This document shows positions 41,850-53,986 of a DNA stretch of 64,000 bases, one piece after another. Every line of letters begins with the position of its first letter. The first letter of the stretch is position 1. Where the stretch lies: the NCBI RefSeq assembly GCF_006345805.1, contig NW_021835997.1, forward strand, positions 124,001-188,000, given 5' to 3'. The notes beneath the pieces were generated by a model, which had not been told where the DNA came from, searched no databases, and worked only from the letters and a program-made list of their open reading frames with translations. The DNA is from Octopus sinensis. Lineage: Eukaryota. Position numbers and translations under genes: made by a program.

Positions 41850-42327
41850 GTAATAGATCAATGATCAGGCTGAAAGGAGGTCAGAATTTTAAATATTCAT
41901 TTCAAGGAGAACTTTGGAGGAAAATAATCGAGTCAATGGAAAGAATTATTCGCAACAATGAGACTAAGCCACAGAAGGCAATGATGTATTCTGGTGTATG
42001 TTATTCGACTAATTCACATTAGCATGATTCCACCTTACGGGCTCTTTTGGGATCGATTAATGTCTTGGAGATTGTTCAACCCAATTTTGCATCTTGTCTC
42101 CTTGTCGAGTTACATTCTATGAAGGGACAGTGGTACGTGAAGGTTATTTTCGACAGAACGAGTCCGACATAAAGATAATTAAATTGCCTGGTTGTTTGAG
42201 TTTTTCATATTTTACAAATTTTAAAGGTTGTGAAGAAATGTGCAGATTGAACCAATTTAAAAATTTTCTTAGTGACGTTATCCCGTCCAATATCGGCGAA
42301 GAATGCAGAGATGTATCTACGCATTAA
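41850..42327 (+). pseudogene. Histidine acid phosphatase (ACP2/ACPP-like) C-terminal half
   Basis: RLKGG..MYSG[27-nt intron]HDSTLRALL..FASCLLVELH..LPGC..IPSNIGEEC; no RHGxRxP upstream. Confidence 0.8.
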
Positions 42328-43364
42328 TTATTGATATAACATTACTTACACTTTGAGATTTCGATATTCTTTGTTGCTTGTCTTTACGAGTTTGGTTGTG
42401 AACGAATTTTAGTTTGTTATATAAAACTGTTTAGGGGAAATTACAGTCAATTAAAAAAACAGGGATATACGTGGTTGGAACCGTGTTTCACAATTTCATA
42501 AATTACCAATGATGAAACAAATAAAATTATAAGGACTATTAAAATATTCTAACCCGTAAGAAGATCGTACATAGACATTTTTTCCATTCCTACTGATCTC
42601 AAATGATCAATGCATGTGAGCCCGGAATAAATTCTTTGCATTTAAACAAGTTTTACATCACATTGCTGCTTGTTTCTGCTCTCCTTCTGTTATTTGTATC
42701 TTGGTTAAAAGCGTCTTATCTGAGGACCGAGATTTTGCTAAACGAGTTTTTAGGGTGATGTCATGCCTATTCGGCAATATATATTTTCTTTTTGGGTAAA
42801 ACTACTAATTTTCTAAAAATAAAACACACACAGATTTGCGCGTCTATTTATACTTTTATTCTGATGGTTATCAGCTACGAAACAAAATTAAGGATTGCTA
42901 AATTGACATTAAAGAAGAGATTATTTGAAAGACAGATAATCAAAAAATACAAGACTAGTAATGGCATGATTTCGCGAATATAAAAACGATTGTATCTTTT
43001 CTTGAACAATGACCTATAAACATGAATGAAAATTCAATGTTTTATTGGGAGAAATTTAAACTTGGAACTAAGAAAGGATACGTCCGAATATCCAGTCCTT
43101 CATAAAGAAAATCGCTTTTGTAGGAAGATAATAAGATGACCGAGGACTTGGAAGACAAAGCCACGTAGCTGTTGGTGACTCACATCGACAAACAAAATAC
43201 AACATTTCAAAACGAAAGTGTCACAAAAAAGGATGACACAAGCCCTTCTTTTCATAAAAATGGAAATAATGATCTGTTAAAAACAGCTGAAAAATTACTC
43301 TGTTTATTTATAATTTTCTAAATGAGAATTTTTTCAAATAAGAAAATAATTTTAAGCATTATAT

Positions 43365-43605
43365 ATGTCTGGTTTGTTGGGTCCCTATAAATATCGTTTG
43401 GATGGACGACTTGGTGAGGATATTAGGACTATTAATTACCAATTCAATGTCTGTCGACAAGCCAACGAGTCTGTTTGTTCGGAACAAGGAAATAAATCCA
43501 TACTAGCATCTGTCTATGATCCACACGAAGTCGACGATTATCATCGTCCTGACCCAGAACGGGCTATAATAAATTGCAGTTTCAGTCAGTCTTCATTTAC
43601 TGCCT
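43365..43605 (+). pseudogene. EXOSC4: Exosome subunit Rrp41 5' fragment
   Basis: YRLDGRLGEDIRTI..EQGNKSILASVYDPHEV..AIINCSFSQSSF. Confidence 0.82.
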
Positions 43606-43609
43606 GTCA

Positions 43610-43968
43610 TCCCCACTCTTCATGACATGTTGGACAGGGCAATGTGGGGAGTGACTGCAAAGACAAGTCCCTCATCCTACGGTCGGGGGAGGACACTACG
43701 TTGATGGAGTGGACGTCCAATGAGAGTATCCTCACTGTGCTGTCCTCCAACCCCACCGCCGAGAACTGACTCCTCTGCTGGCCAGTGGACACCTTCCCGA
43801 TTGCCAAACACGTGATCTCACTTATCATTTCCTTCCTCTTAGTGAACTCGTTCAGTTGGCCATTCTGTTCAAAGTACACAATCTGTCCCCCGGAAAATGC
43901 AATCGCCACCTGGGCAGAGTTGAGTGCACATTTTATTATTTGACGCTTGCTGGGTGTCTTCCACTCGT
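43610..43968 (-). pseudogene. SF3B3: Splicing factor SF3B3 internal fragment
   Basis: VNEWKTPSKRQIIKCALNSAQVAIAFSGGQIVYFE..GQLNEF..AVGLEDSTVRILSLD..LSLQSLP. Confidence 0.88.
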
Positions 43969-44796
43969 TCACTCTCCGGTCAAATTTTTTACTCTCACAC
44001 CCCACGAAGAAGTGTGTTTCTCCTGTCCACATATCATGTCATTAAAGCGTTCAACAAAGTTATTAAATTCGACACGCAATTGAGAAGTGAGATCACAAAC
44101 CTGGAATAAACAATCACAGTTGGACCACCTTTTGATGAATAAGTGAGGTGACACTCTCAATCTCCTTTAAGTATGATCGGTGCTGAACTTCCCATTCATT
44201 CTCTTGTGCTGATATACTTGCCCACGAACTATACATATATACTCGACACAACCCTTCCAAAGTGGACTTGTACAGTCCCAAATGATCAGTCTCACCAATA
44301 TACGCCTTAATCTCCTTATTTTCCACAGGCTCGTTATCCAACGAGGCCAACAACCGCTAAGATGTGATGACAGAAACTACTTCTTTGAACGACTTGAATG
44401 AAAAGGTAAGAGAATTCAACTCACATCTAATTCTTGTACTACAGTCATCCACCCTTCTCCACACACGATTTGAATTGTCCAAATAAGTGTCCGTAAGTTG
44501 TTGACTCTTTCCAACTCCCTACTCACGACATTCACATTTTTTACAATTTCAGGACTCACATTCAAAAATTTAGAGAAAAATGGACATTTTCTGTAAGAAA
44601 TCCGAATTTTGCGTATAAATATTTGGGATAAATAGTCAGATTGGTGAATGTGGTCTACATCGAAGTGAATTCGTTCGCAAACACTGCAATGTTTGGACAA
44701 AAATATTGACTTTAGTGGGACTTGCTGTACAAATAAAAATCATTTTAAAACCGAAAACTTAATTTTTATTGGTTCTTTGCAGTTCTGAACAATATA

Positions 44797-46112
44797 CAGT
44801 CAACCCTCTCTATAGTGAACCCTCTCTATTGTGAACAGGCCATATTAATGCAATCTACAATAACAAATATTAGTAATTCTCATTAATATATTTATTATAA
44901 AATGAATACCACGTTTAAAAATGTATAATATCATTCATTTAAATATTTTTGTGTTCACTATTAAAGAATAGTGAACGTCAAATTTTTGTGAACATAAAAA
45001 TATTAAATTTAATATTTTTACATATATATTTAAAATTCTTTAAAATGAATAAACTACACGTTCTACAGTTGTTAGCATGGTGGAAAATCGAAAACGCCTG
45101 TCATTTTTTCAAAAGAAGGAAATAATCGAATTTTATCATAAAAATAGACATTACACACAGCGCGATTTATCCCTTTATTTCAATGTTTCTCTGGGCTGCA
45201 TAAACAAAATTTTGAAAAATTCTGAAGGAATACTTAATGTTCAAGATGACCAAAAAAAGAAGAAAATTTACTTCCCCAAGTCTCAACCATTCGACAGAGA
45301 TTTATTTGAATGGTTCGTTAAAAAACGATCATTTGGATTTACAATCAATGAATATCTTTTGAAGTCCATGTCTCTAAAAATGGCGAAAGTTTGTAATATT
45401 CAAGGATTTCAAGCATCAAATGGATGGCTTGAGAAATTTAAAAATCGATATTGCATTGCTTCCCGTGCTTTATGTGGGGAAAATCAATTTGTTGAAACCT
45501 CTGTGATTGAAAATTTTACAGAAAGCCTCAATAGAAAATTATAACAATATTGTTTAAAAAATATTTTTAATTTGGAAGAAACTGGATTGTTTTTTAAACT
45601 TTTGTCGAACAGAACATTAGCTGTTGACTCGGACAAAAATCTGTCTAATAAACCGATAAAAGAAAGAGTAACTGTTATGTTTTGCGTTAGTATGATGGGA
45701 GAAAAACTTGACCCATTTGTTATTGAAAAAGCCAAAAATCTACCCTGCTTTAAAGGAAGAAGAAATTTAATTAATAATTTACAAGTGGAATACAAATCAA
45801 ATAAAAAAGCATGGATGACATATGGCTAGTGAATATGAAGCTAGTGAATATGCGAAGGCGCTTGAATTATGGTTTCTTGAGAATGATTATGAACAAAGAG
45901 GAAAAGTATACGAAATACAAAAAATTTTAAGAAATTATCAAACTAATCATTCTCAAAAAATCACCGATTACATGATTAAAATCTCTAAATAATCTTTGTA
46001 ATTATACTTTAATATTGTTTATTGTTATTTTGATTCCTTTTGTTCACTATAGACAATAGTGAACATGATGTTTTGACGTGGACATTTTATTCATTATAGA
46101 GAGGGTTGACTG
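44797..46112 (+). mobile_element. pogo/Tigger element, internally deleted
   Basis: 23-bp TIR CAGTCAACCCTCTCTATA(G/A)TGAA, TA TSD; HTH_psq + CENP-B HTH ORF 45077-45544, then an in-frame stop and a partial DDE domain. Confidence 0.93.
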
Positions 46113-46199
46113 TACCGTTTTTCTCGCTCAGAAATAAATTTGTTATCCTCCGGGAAATTGTCCATCCACACATGCAAAACAAGTCCCCAAAACCAAGCC

Positions 46200-46670
46200 A
46201 AAACAGCCTGAATATTACAATATCAAACCAAAAATGTAAAATGAATATGACCACGAATTCGGCAGTTGAGCAATAGCGGAGGTCAGAAGGAATCCAAACA
46301 CAACCCCCAGTTGAGCTCCTGGTGGTCTACTCAACGTCAAATACCGGAAAATATAAGTCCTATCACCGTGGACTGTCGTCGGTGGTCCGTATTTTTCTAT
46401 TACCATTCCCCCTGTGAACTGCATCAAAAAATATTCCAGAAAAAACGAGGATTGGACCATTCCCCGCTCGAGAGAATTCCATTTCACAATAAACTTGAAA
46501 TTAGTCATTAAAACAAGCACGTTTCCAGAAATGTTTTTATCGTCAGTTTGTACTACCTGGACAATCACTAGACTTAGATTGACACGATGAGAGTTGGGAC
46601 AAATAAACGTGAAGCCCCCCAAAATAATGAACATGTAGTACCCTTTTCCAAGAACTGGGAATAATAACAA
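46200..46670 (-). pseudogene. SLC17-like MFS transporter fragment with an internal deletion
   Basis: RVNLSLVIV, KWNSLERGMVQSSFFLEYFLMQFTGG, GAQLGVVFG..WSYSFYIFG. Confidence 0.72.
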
Positions 46671-46829
46671 AAATAACCTTCTTGATTCATTTTGAAAATA
46701 TTACCAAATAAATGGAATGCTCAGATTGCTATTTAATCGTCGACTAATTGCCCTCAGACCACAAATATTGCAAATTTCCCCAGAATTGACCGCTTTCAAC
46801 TTTATTTTATTCTGTCTACTTTTAAAAGT

Positions 46830-47846
46830 CTTTGTAAAACTAATTTGAATAAAAAAAATAATAAAAAATTAAAAATCGACGTGATCATTTGGCAGATAAG
46901 CAAGACATGTGACTGATTCAGTGTGGATACTACACGTATGAATAACACGAAAAGTAGTACAATCCCACATTTTAATAAGGGAATTACTAGCAGTAACCAA
47001 TCTACATTCATCATTCACAGGCACACAATCATATATATACTTGGCCGACTCATCCTCAAACATATAACAAAACGCATATGTCCTCGAATCCAACACAACC
47101 ACCCTCCCCACAGACGAGGAAGCAAACACAAACCGATCCCCCACTCGACAGGACAACACACACCCCCTCCCCATCGAATACAGACCCACATACTCATCAC
47201 ACTTCCTCACATCAAACGAATATATATAGCCCCCACTATTCCCTACTACCACTTGGTCACCCCTCATCGAAATGGCACACACATTATTAGGCACAGAGTG
47301 GAGGATAATCTTGGTGGGGGACCTCCAGTCATACATAATCAGCCGGCCTAACAAGTCCCCAGTTAGGCACGTGTCCTGGGAGTGGGGAGGTGGGGGCCAA
47401 CCATGGTGGGGCTGTATTCCAGACAGGACAGGATGGCGTTCGAATCGAATGACGTGATGGGTTCTAAATGGCGGGAAATATCGCACAAATTGAGTGCTTT
47501 GTGGAATTGGTCTGAGGCAGTGTACATGGTGAGGTTGTCACGACGGAATTTGATGGAAATGACGTTGGAAGAGCCCAGTTTGGCGCCGAAGAGTTCTCGG
47601 AGGGTGGGGTAGTGGTAGAGGAAGACCACCTCATGTCCAGACACGGCAAGGATGTCGTGTTTTGGACTGAATTCCAGGTCGTTTACGTGTGACCAGAAAT
47701 TGAGTGATCTGATTGAGTTTGGGAAGTTATTAAATAATCTTATTCTGTTATCCAAACCACCACTGACTATAATTCGGTCTTTAATTTGTAATAAAAAGGA
47801 TAATACCACACATATTCTCATTTTCTGATTGTTCTACATCATCCAT
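46830..47846 (-). CDS. WD40-repeat protein, apparently intact
   Basis: MDDVEQSENENMC[28-nt intron]DRIIVSGGLDNRIRLF..SPTM[26-nt intron]DTCLTGDLLGRLIMYDW..LIKMWD..HTESVTCLAY; 3' end approximate. Confidence 0.72.
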
Positions 47847-48427
47847 ATCAGTCACATGACACACGACATGACAATAATTTTATTATTATTATTTAACCCA
47901 AGAATCACCAACAGTTAATTAGGGTAATTAATTAGGTGAATAATTTTATTATAAAAATATATTTAATTAAAAAAGAATTTAAATATAATAATAAATGTTA
48001 AAAAGTATTATTATTAAAACAAATCAGGCAAGCCGATATAACAGAGTAGTAAAAAACTTTTTCCGATAGCGATTAAAGGCACTCATCACAAGGACTCCTT
48101 TTTGGCAGATTACACCACCAAAACTACTTTTATGGACAAAACAAACATGTGTTGTAACACAGCATGGCTTGGCTCGGGCAGGAGGTTGGATTCTACCTTG
48201 CCATGGCTAATATAATTTACATTTATAGGCAGATTTTCGTTTAAACACAAGGTATGAGGTGGATAGGCAGGGTTTGAGGCTTTTTCTTCTCGAATGTGTA
48301 CCGTAAAGATATCTCCTGAGAGAATCCTTCATCATCCTCATAATATTCAGCTAATTAATTAAATAATTAATTATATATAATAGTTAATAAGGTACTTTTG
48401 TCGAAGTTTCCGTCCAAAACTCTTGTT

Positions 48428-50169
48428 TATAGTTTGCCAGGCGTGTTCTTCAATGCACGGCCGTTGTCATTTAGCGTGTTTAGGGCAGTGCAAGGGTGGT
48501 AGAGTTTTCGCGAAGCGAATAGGAATTGTGCTCCTCTCATGTTTAGATATTCCTCTATCGGGAGGAGGTTGGTTTCACAGTGCAGATGGTCGATGGGTGT
48601 TGATTTCAGGCACCCGGATATGATGCGCATGGCTTTGTTTTGAATTGATTGGAGAGCCACAGAGGAGCTCATAGATAGACAGGGAGCCCAACTCGGACTC
48701 GCGTAGCTTAGGACAGGGCGAATGTATTGTTTATACACACGTTTGAGAAGTGGTTTCTGCACACCAGTGATGCGACCACTTATTGCTTTCAGGATATTTG
48801 TACGCCTGTTAGCCTTGTCAGAGATCTTCGAGACATGTTTATTGAAGGACATCGTTGGGTCGAAGGTTAGTCCGAGAACAGTGGGGTGTTTTGATAGTGG
48901 GAGAACAGAGCCAAAGAGAGATAGGTTGGGATGTATGTTTGATTGTCTTCTGTCGGAAGATAGTAGGGTGACCGAGGACTTGGAGGACGAGGCCTCGAGC
49001 CTGTTTTCTCTGAGCCAATTCTCAACGGAGTGGAGTTGTTGCTGAAGGTTGAAGGAGGCAGCTTTGTAGTCTTCGTGTTTTGAGGCAATAATAATGTCGT
49101 CAGCGTAAGATAGTGTCAAGTTGTTAGGGTCGTTTGCCGGGAAGTCGTGCAAGTAAAGATTGAACAGGGATGGAGACAGCACGGAACCCTGCGGTACCCC
49201 GTTTGGAAGATAGCGTTGTATGGAACAATGGTCCATGAGGGAGACGTAGCCCATGCGGCCAGATAAGAAGTTAGCAAGCCAGGATTTGTAGTTTGAGTCT
49301 AGGCCGGTCGTGAGAATTTTCTTGGTGAGACCGCAACGGGGGACGCTGTCAAAAGCTTTAGATATGTCGATGGAAGCTAGAACTGTTCGTTTAGGGGGCC
49401 TCTTCTCATTGAAGCCGTCCAGGACGAACTGGGAAAGCGTTGTTAAGTGAGTGGTTGTTGAGTGCAGTGGTTTGAAGCCATGTTGGGTGTGGGATGTTGG
49501 TAAGTGTTTCGAGACTCGTGAAAGGATTAGTCTTTCGAGGATTTTAGATAGCGTGCACAAAAGAGAGATTGGGCGGTAGGAGCTTGGAATGCCAGCCGGT
49601 TTTTTCGGTTTGATTAACGGGATGATACGTGATTTTTTCCAAAGAGATGGAATTTCGTTTTTTACAACGGAATTGTTGAAAATAGACACTATAGCGTTGA
49701 TGGCGTTAGGGCCAAGTCTCCCGGGTACTTGCCAAAATCAATGGCCTAAACCAATGTTCACAGCCAATGAAAAAAATCCACGACTTCATTTCAACGTCGT
49801 CCATTCTAAGGCTGAAGCCTAACTCTGTCCTCAACAAACTTCCTCCGGAAGTTCACCCCTCCGAAATGCTTCTGGAGCGTTCCGCTCAGATCAACCATGC
49901 TCGTTTCCGCTCGGGCCATCACCACTCACTAAACTCCTACGCTCACTCATTGAACGTCGTGATCTCCCCGCTATGCAACCTCTGCTGTGCCGAAGATCAC
50001 TCAACTGATCACCTTTTCCGCTGCCCTGTTCTCCTCCCTGTCCGCAGGAAATTTGCTGTCCACTCCCCCGAGGTCCTTTGGGAGCAACCCGCGAAGGCGC
50101 TGTTGTTTCTGCTAGCCGCCGGTCTCATACCCTAATGTGAGACCGGGGTTATGCAACAACAACAACAAC
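48428..50169. mobile_element. I/Jockey-group LINE with 5' inversion (48428-49717 minus, 49718-50169 plus)
   Basis: RT motifs DISKAFD, GVPQGSVLSP, YADD; C-terminal CNLC..DHLFRC; (CAA)n tail; 12-bp TSD aactcttgttta. Confidence 0.93.
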
Positions 50170-50181
50170 AACTCTTGTTTA

Positions 50182-50350
50182 AGTACTTCATGCACATCAA
50201 AGTCCCCCTGGATATTGAAATCACATTATTAAGAGTATTTAAAGGACTTTGAATAGTTTTCTACCCAAATAAACAACCGCTCCACCTCGTTGTGATTGAC
50301 CCTCCAGACCCCATTGACCACATATTTGTACTCGTGTCGACTTTTAGAAA
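50182..50350 (-). pseudogene. AMPK beta-subunit CBM48 fragment, split by the LINE
   Basis: HEYKYVVNGVWRVNHNE[25-nt intron]KTIQSPLNTLNNVISI..DFDVHEVL resembles HQYKFFVDGQW..SQLGTVNNIIQV..DFEVFDAL. Confidence 0.6.
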
Positions 50351-51161
50351 ACGATAAACAAAGTCGCCAAATACATTTTCTCCGATTGCCTCCTTTTTAT
50401 ACCAAATATCGAGTTTTATTAGCGTTTATCTGGCTATTTGAATTACAACTGTAATCAATATGTGGGTAGCCATTTAGTCCAGAAATCGGCCAACTTATTT
50501 TGCATAAATAATAATACCAAACTAATGACTATCCCCCTAAATAATTAAAGATGACAATGCGACGTCATTCAATACAAAATAATAATGCAAATGTTATAAT
50601 TAGAATAAATGGCTGAAAATTAAAATGACAATTTTTTAATTCTTTTTTAAAAATAGTAAATACTCAGGATTTTTTAACAATAAAACAAAATGTGTTGGTA
50701 ATGATCCCTATTAAATTATAAAATCCGAAAACGAGAAGTATCGTAATTATTTTTGAGCAATGTAATACAAATCTAAATTAAGGATCTTCAATTTGTTCAA
50801 GTTTTAAAGGATAAACAAATTTTTCAAATTTAATTATTAAATTAGTCCGGATTTTCTTCCTCCTGTAAAATTATAAAGCCGTCAAAAAATACATTTTCGG
50901 ATTCAATTGGAGAATTTTTGTTTTGTTCACTAGGAAATAGTGACTGGGACTGGCTAGACTAATTAAATGAGTAAAGGGGAGATCTGACTGCATTCAATAT
51001 TCACGTTTCTACAGCATTCAATATCGAAGTCACAATTTTGGTGTCATTTGTCCCTAATATTAGTTCTTGTAGCATAGTTAGGAATTATCGCTGGTTTTTG
51101 GGATTCATAACTCCACAACGATGCTTGATTATGTGTATAGCAGTTGAAATTAAATCAGTGA

Positions 51162-51560
51162 CTACACACATTCGAATGCACCATTACTGGACAGAGCTGA
51201 GTGCAACCCTTCGCACTGGAAACGCTGATTATCGATGAAATAAGTGACAAGTCTTCGGGCGCATCTCAATGCCTGAGGCAAAAATAGATCAGCGTATGTC
51301 GGATAACACTCCATCCCAATCTTTAGCAAGGACAAAGAGTTGTATATCACATTGATAGAGGATGTATTCAACCTAGAAATAAAGACACCACTCAACATCT
51401 CAGTGTTCACGAAGGCATCACTCAAAAACTTGTTGAAGGAATTGTTTAGTGTTTGCAGTTCTTCAAGTTCGTTCCTGATGAGGACAACTTTTGAATTGGA
51501 AAAGACTTCGGGAAACGTGTTAATCAGTAGTCGAACCAGGGCATAAACTGACTTTAACAC
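51162..51560 (-). pseudogene. Unidentified protein-like fragment
   Basis: 132-codon open frame with plausible helical composition; no family recognised. Confidence 0.3.
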
Positions 51561-51599
51561 GACAATCGCCGAGCAGTAACGAAAGCAGTTTATAATGGC

Positions 51600-52374
51600 A
51601 GAATAGAAATAGTGCTTATTATTGAAAACATTTTTATGATGATTGGAGCTCCATTAATCTTGCAAACAGATAATGGAAAGGAGTTCAAAAACAATATGAT
51701 TGAGGAAATGTGTACAAAGTTTGGCCCTGAGCACATATGTGGAAGACCACGTGCCCCATGGATACAAGGTCAGGTAGAACGGTATATTTATTTTGTTAAT
51801 TTTAAGATTTAACCAATCTATAAAACGAAGCGCTTCAAATGGAATGTTTGCGAAATATCATCCAATTATTAAAAGAATTGTCTACGAATATAATAATTCT
51901 AAACATGACACAACAAAGTATATTCCATTTAACATTTTTATGGGAGTGGGATATGAAAAAAAACTAGATGATTACATTATGCAGTCTTTATTTGCTTTTA
52001 CTGGTAATTATGAAATTATTTTACAATAAGGAGAAAATGAATACGAAGAAGTAGATTTTGTGTATCAAGAAAGCGAAGAAGTAAATAAAATTCAAGAAGA
52101 CGTACTTAACAATTTGGAAAGTGCGGGGGAAAAATTGAAAAAAAAGAGAAGATGGAGATTTGATGAAGAGGAAATATCAGTTGGACATTACGCACTTTTA
52201 CGGATGGATAAAGATATAAATGAAAACACAAGAAAATATCCTCTGTATGACCAGATAAATACATCTGCATACAGAGTGATAAAACAGGACGGAGGCACAT
52301 TAGATTTAGAAAATGAAGAGGGGGAAATTATTGAAAAAGTACATTTTAGTCGGCTAAGGAAATTAAAAAAATAA
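51600..52374 (+). mobile_element. Ginger/TDD-like integrase, 3' half
   Basis: GAPLILQTDNGKEF..GRPRAPWIQGQVER[25-nt intron 51782-51806]FNQSIK..YNNSKHDTTKYIPF; one in-frame stop; ends not found. Confidence 0.8.
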
Positions 52375-52639
52375 TTTTTAATATTTTAAAATTGTTTCTA
52401 AATACAAAAAATTTAAGTTAAAACGTTATGTCGGGCCAAAAATGCGTTATGTTTGTTTTTTGTGGGTGAATATTATTAACTTTTATCCAAAAAAAACATA
52501 AAAAACACTAATATGGTATAATTGGAGTAAGTTATATCTATTTAGTTATTTTTTATTTATTTTCATTAATTTTTGAAAAGTGACTCACGTCCGGCGTGGC
52601 TCATGTCTGGACTGTGACATACACGAAAATTGTTCTAGC

Positions 52640-52930
52640 TAAACGCACTTATGATGAATCCTGGAGAAAGCACAAAAAAGTCGGATTACTGCTAGGTGAC
52701 TCTGGAGATGTCACCTATAGATGGATACCATCAATCGCTATGTATAATAAACTCTTAAACATTTGGCGTCAAAGAAGATTAAATACAGAGACAAAACTAA
52801 AAATTTATAAGGCGTTTGTTGTTCCAGTCCTGACGTATAACAGATCGACATGGGGAATCACCAAAGCTTAAATAAACAGTTTTAAACAATTTTATCAAAA
52901 TTAATTGAGAAGAATTATAAACATAGAATT
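52640..52930 (+). mobile_element. RTE-like LINE RT C-terminal remnant
   Basis: LNTETKLKIYKAFVVPVLTYNRSTW. Confidence 0.7.
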
Positions 52931-53986
52931 CCCTATTTTGCCGTCGTAGCGCTGGCCGTTTCCATTTCCATGGAAATCCTGAATTCTAAATGGAGGTTTT
53001 TTGGCCAAATTTTGACTCGACAGTCTCACTCCACCGAATATCGCGATGAAAAGCTATTTTTTCAGACCCGAAGGGGCATTCCGTTAAAAGCCCAGAGCCA
53101 CCCTACTTACCGCATTAAACAAAGGCTTAGCAGGAATAAACAAAAAATTGCAAATTGAAGAGGATTTCTATGCACTACGAACACTAGCAAACAACAGAGA
53201 GACATAGAAACCCATCTGGAAAAGAATACTAACCGTGCCACAAGGAAAACTTTAGCTTATGATTTTTCGTCAGTGCGAAAATAACAATAATAAACATAAA
53301 TGCTGGGAATGAACGAATTCCATTAAAAACATACAAGTATTTACCAAATTATCGCCACTACATTTTCGTTTAATAATCATAAATAGTTGCGATTGCTCAT
53401 CCAATTTTATTTTATTTACAGGAAAATATACTGATTGAAATGGTGACGTGCTTCAGTTTTTCTCAGGAAAAATCATACATTTAGCATGCTAAAATTCAAA
53501 ATCCCTGATCACCATCGTCACATACAATGTTCGGAGTTTATCATCTCCAATCAAGAGGAAACAATTGGCTGAGGATCTGGCACGCTACAAATTGGTATCT
53601 GTTGCATTCAATAGACGAAGAACGCTTTTGGATTTGAAGGAACCTTTGGTAACTATCGCATTCTCTTACTCGCGCCTGACAATCGTCACTGCGGTCTTGG
53701 TTTTGCTATCAATTTGAACCTAATGAATTGCCTGCATAAAATATGGACAGTCAATGACCGTGTTGCTGTTATGCAATGACATTTATCATCCACGGAGAAT
53801 TTCATGATGACCATTTTCAACGTTTATGCTCCACGTATGAGCAGAATTTTCTAAAAATGATGAATTGGACGAATTTTACGAAATCTTTGCGAAAACATAC
53901 CGCCGAACTAATAATTCTGCAATGACTTTTATCTGTAGTGATTGAGATGCTAAAGCTGGCTTGAGAACACAAAACGAAGTTTTTTG

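Noticed and set aside
44416-44700. SKHCSVC..DH resembling a DHHC domain
   Set aside because: The DHHC motif and later cysteines are absent
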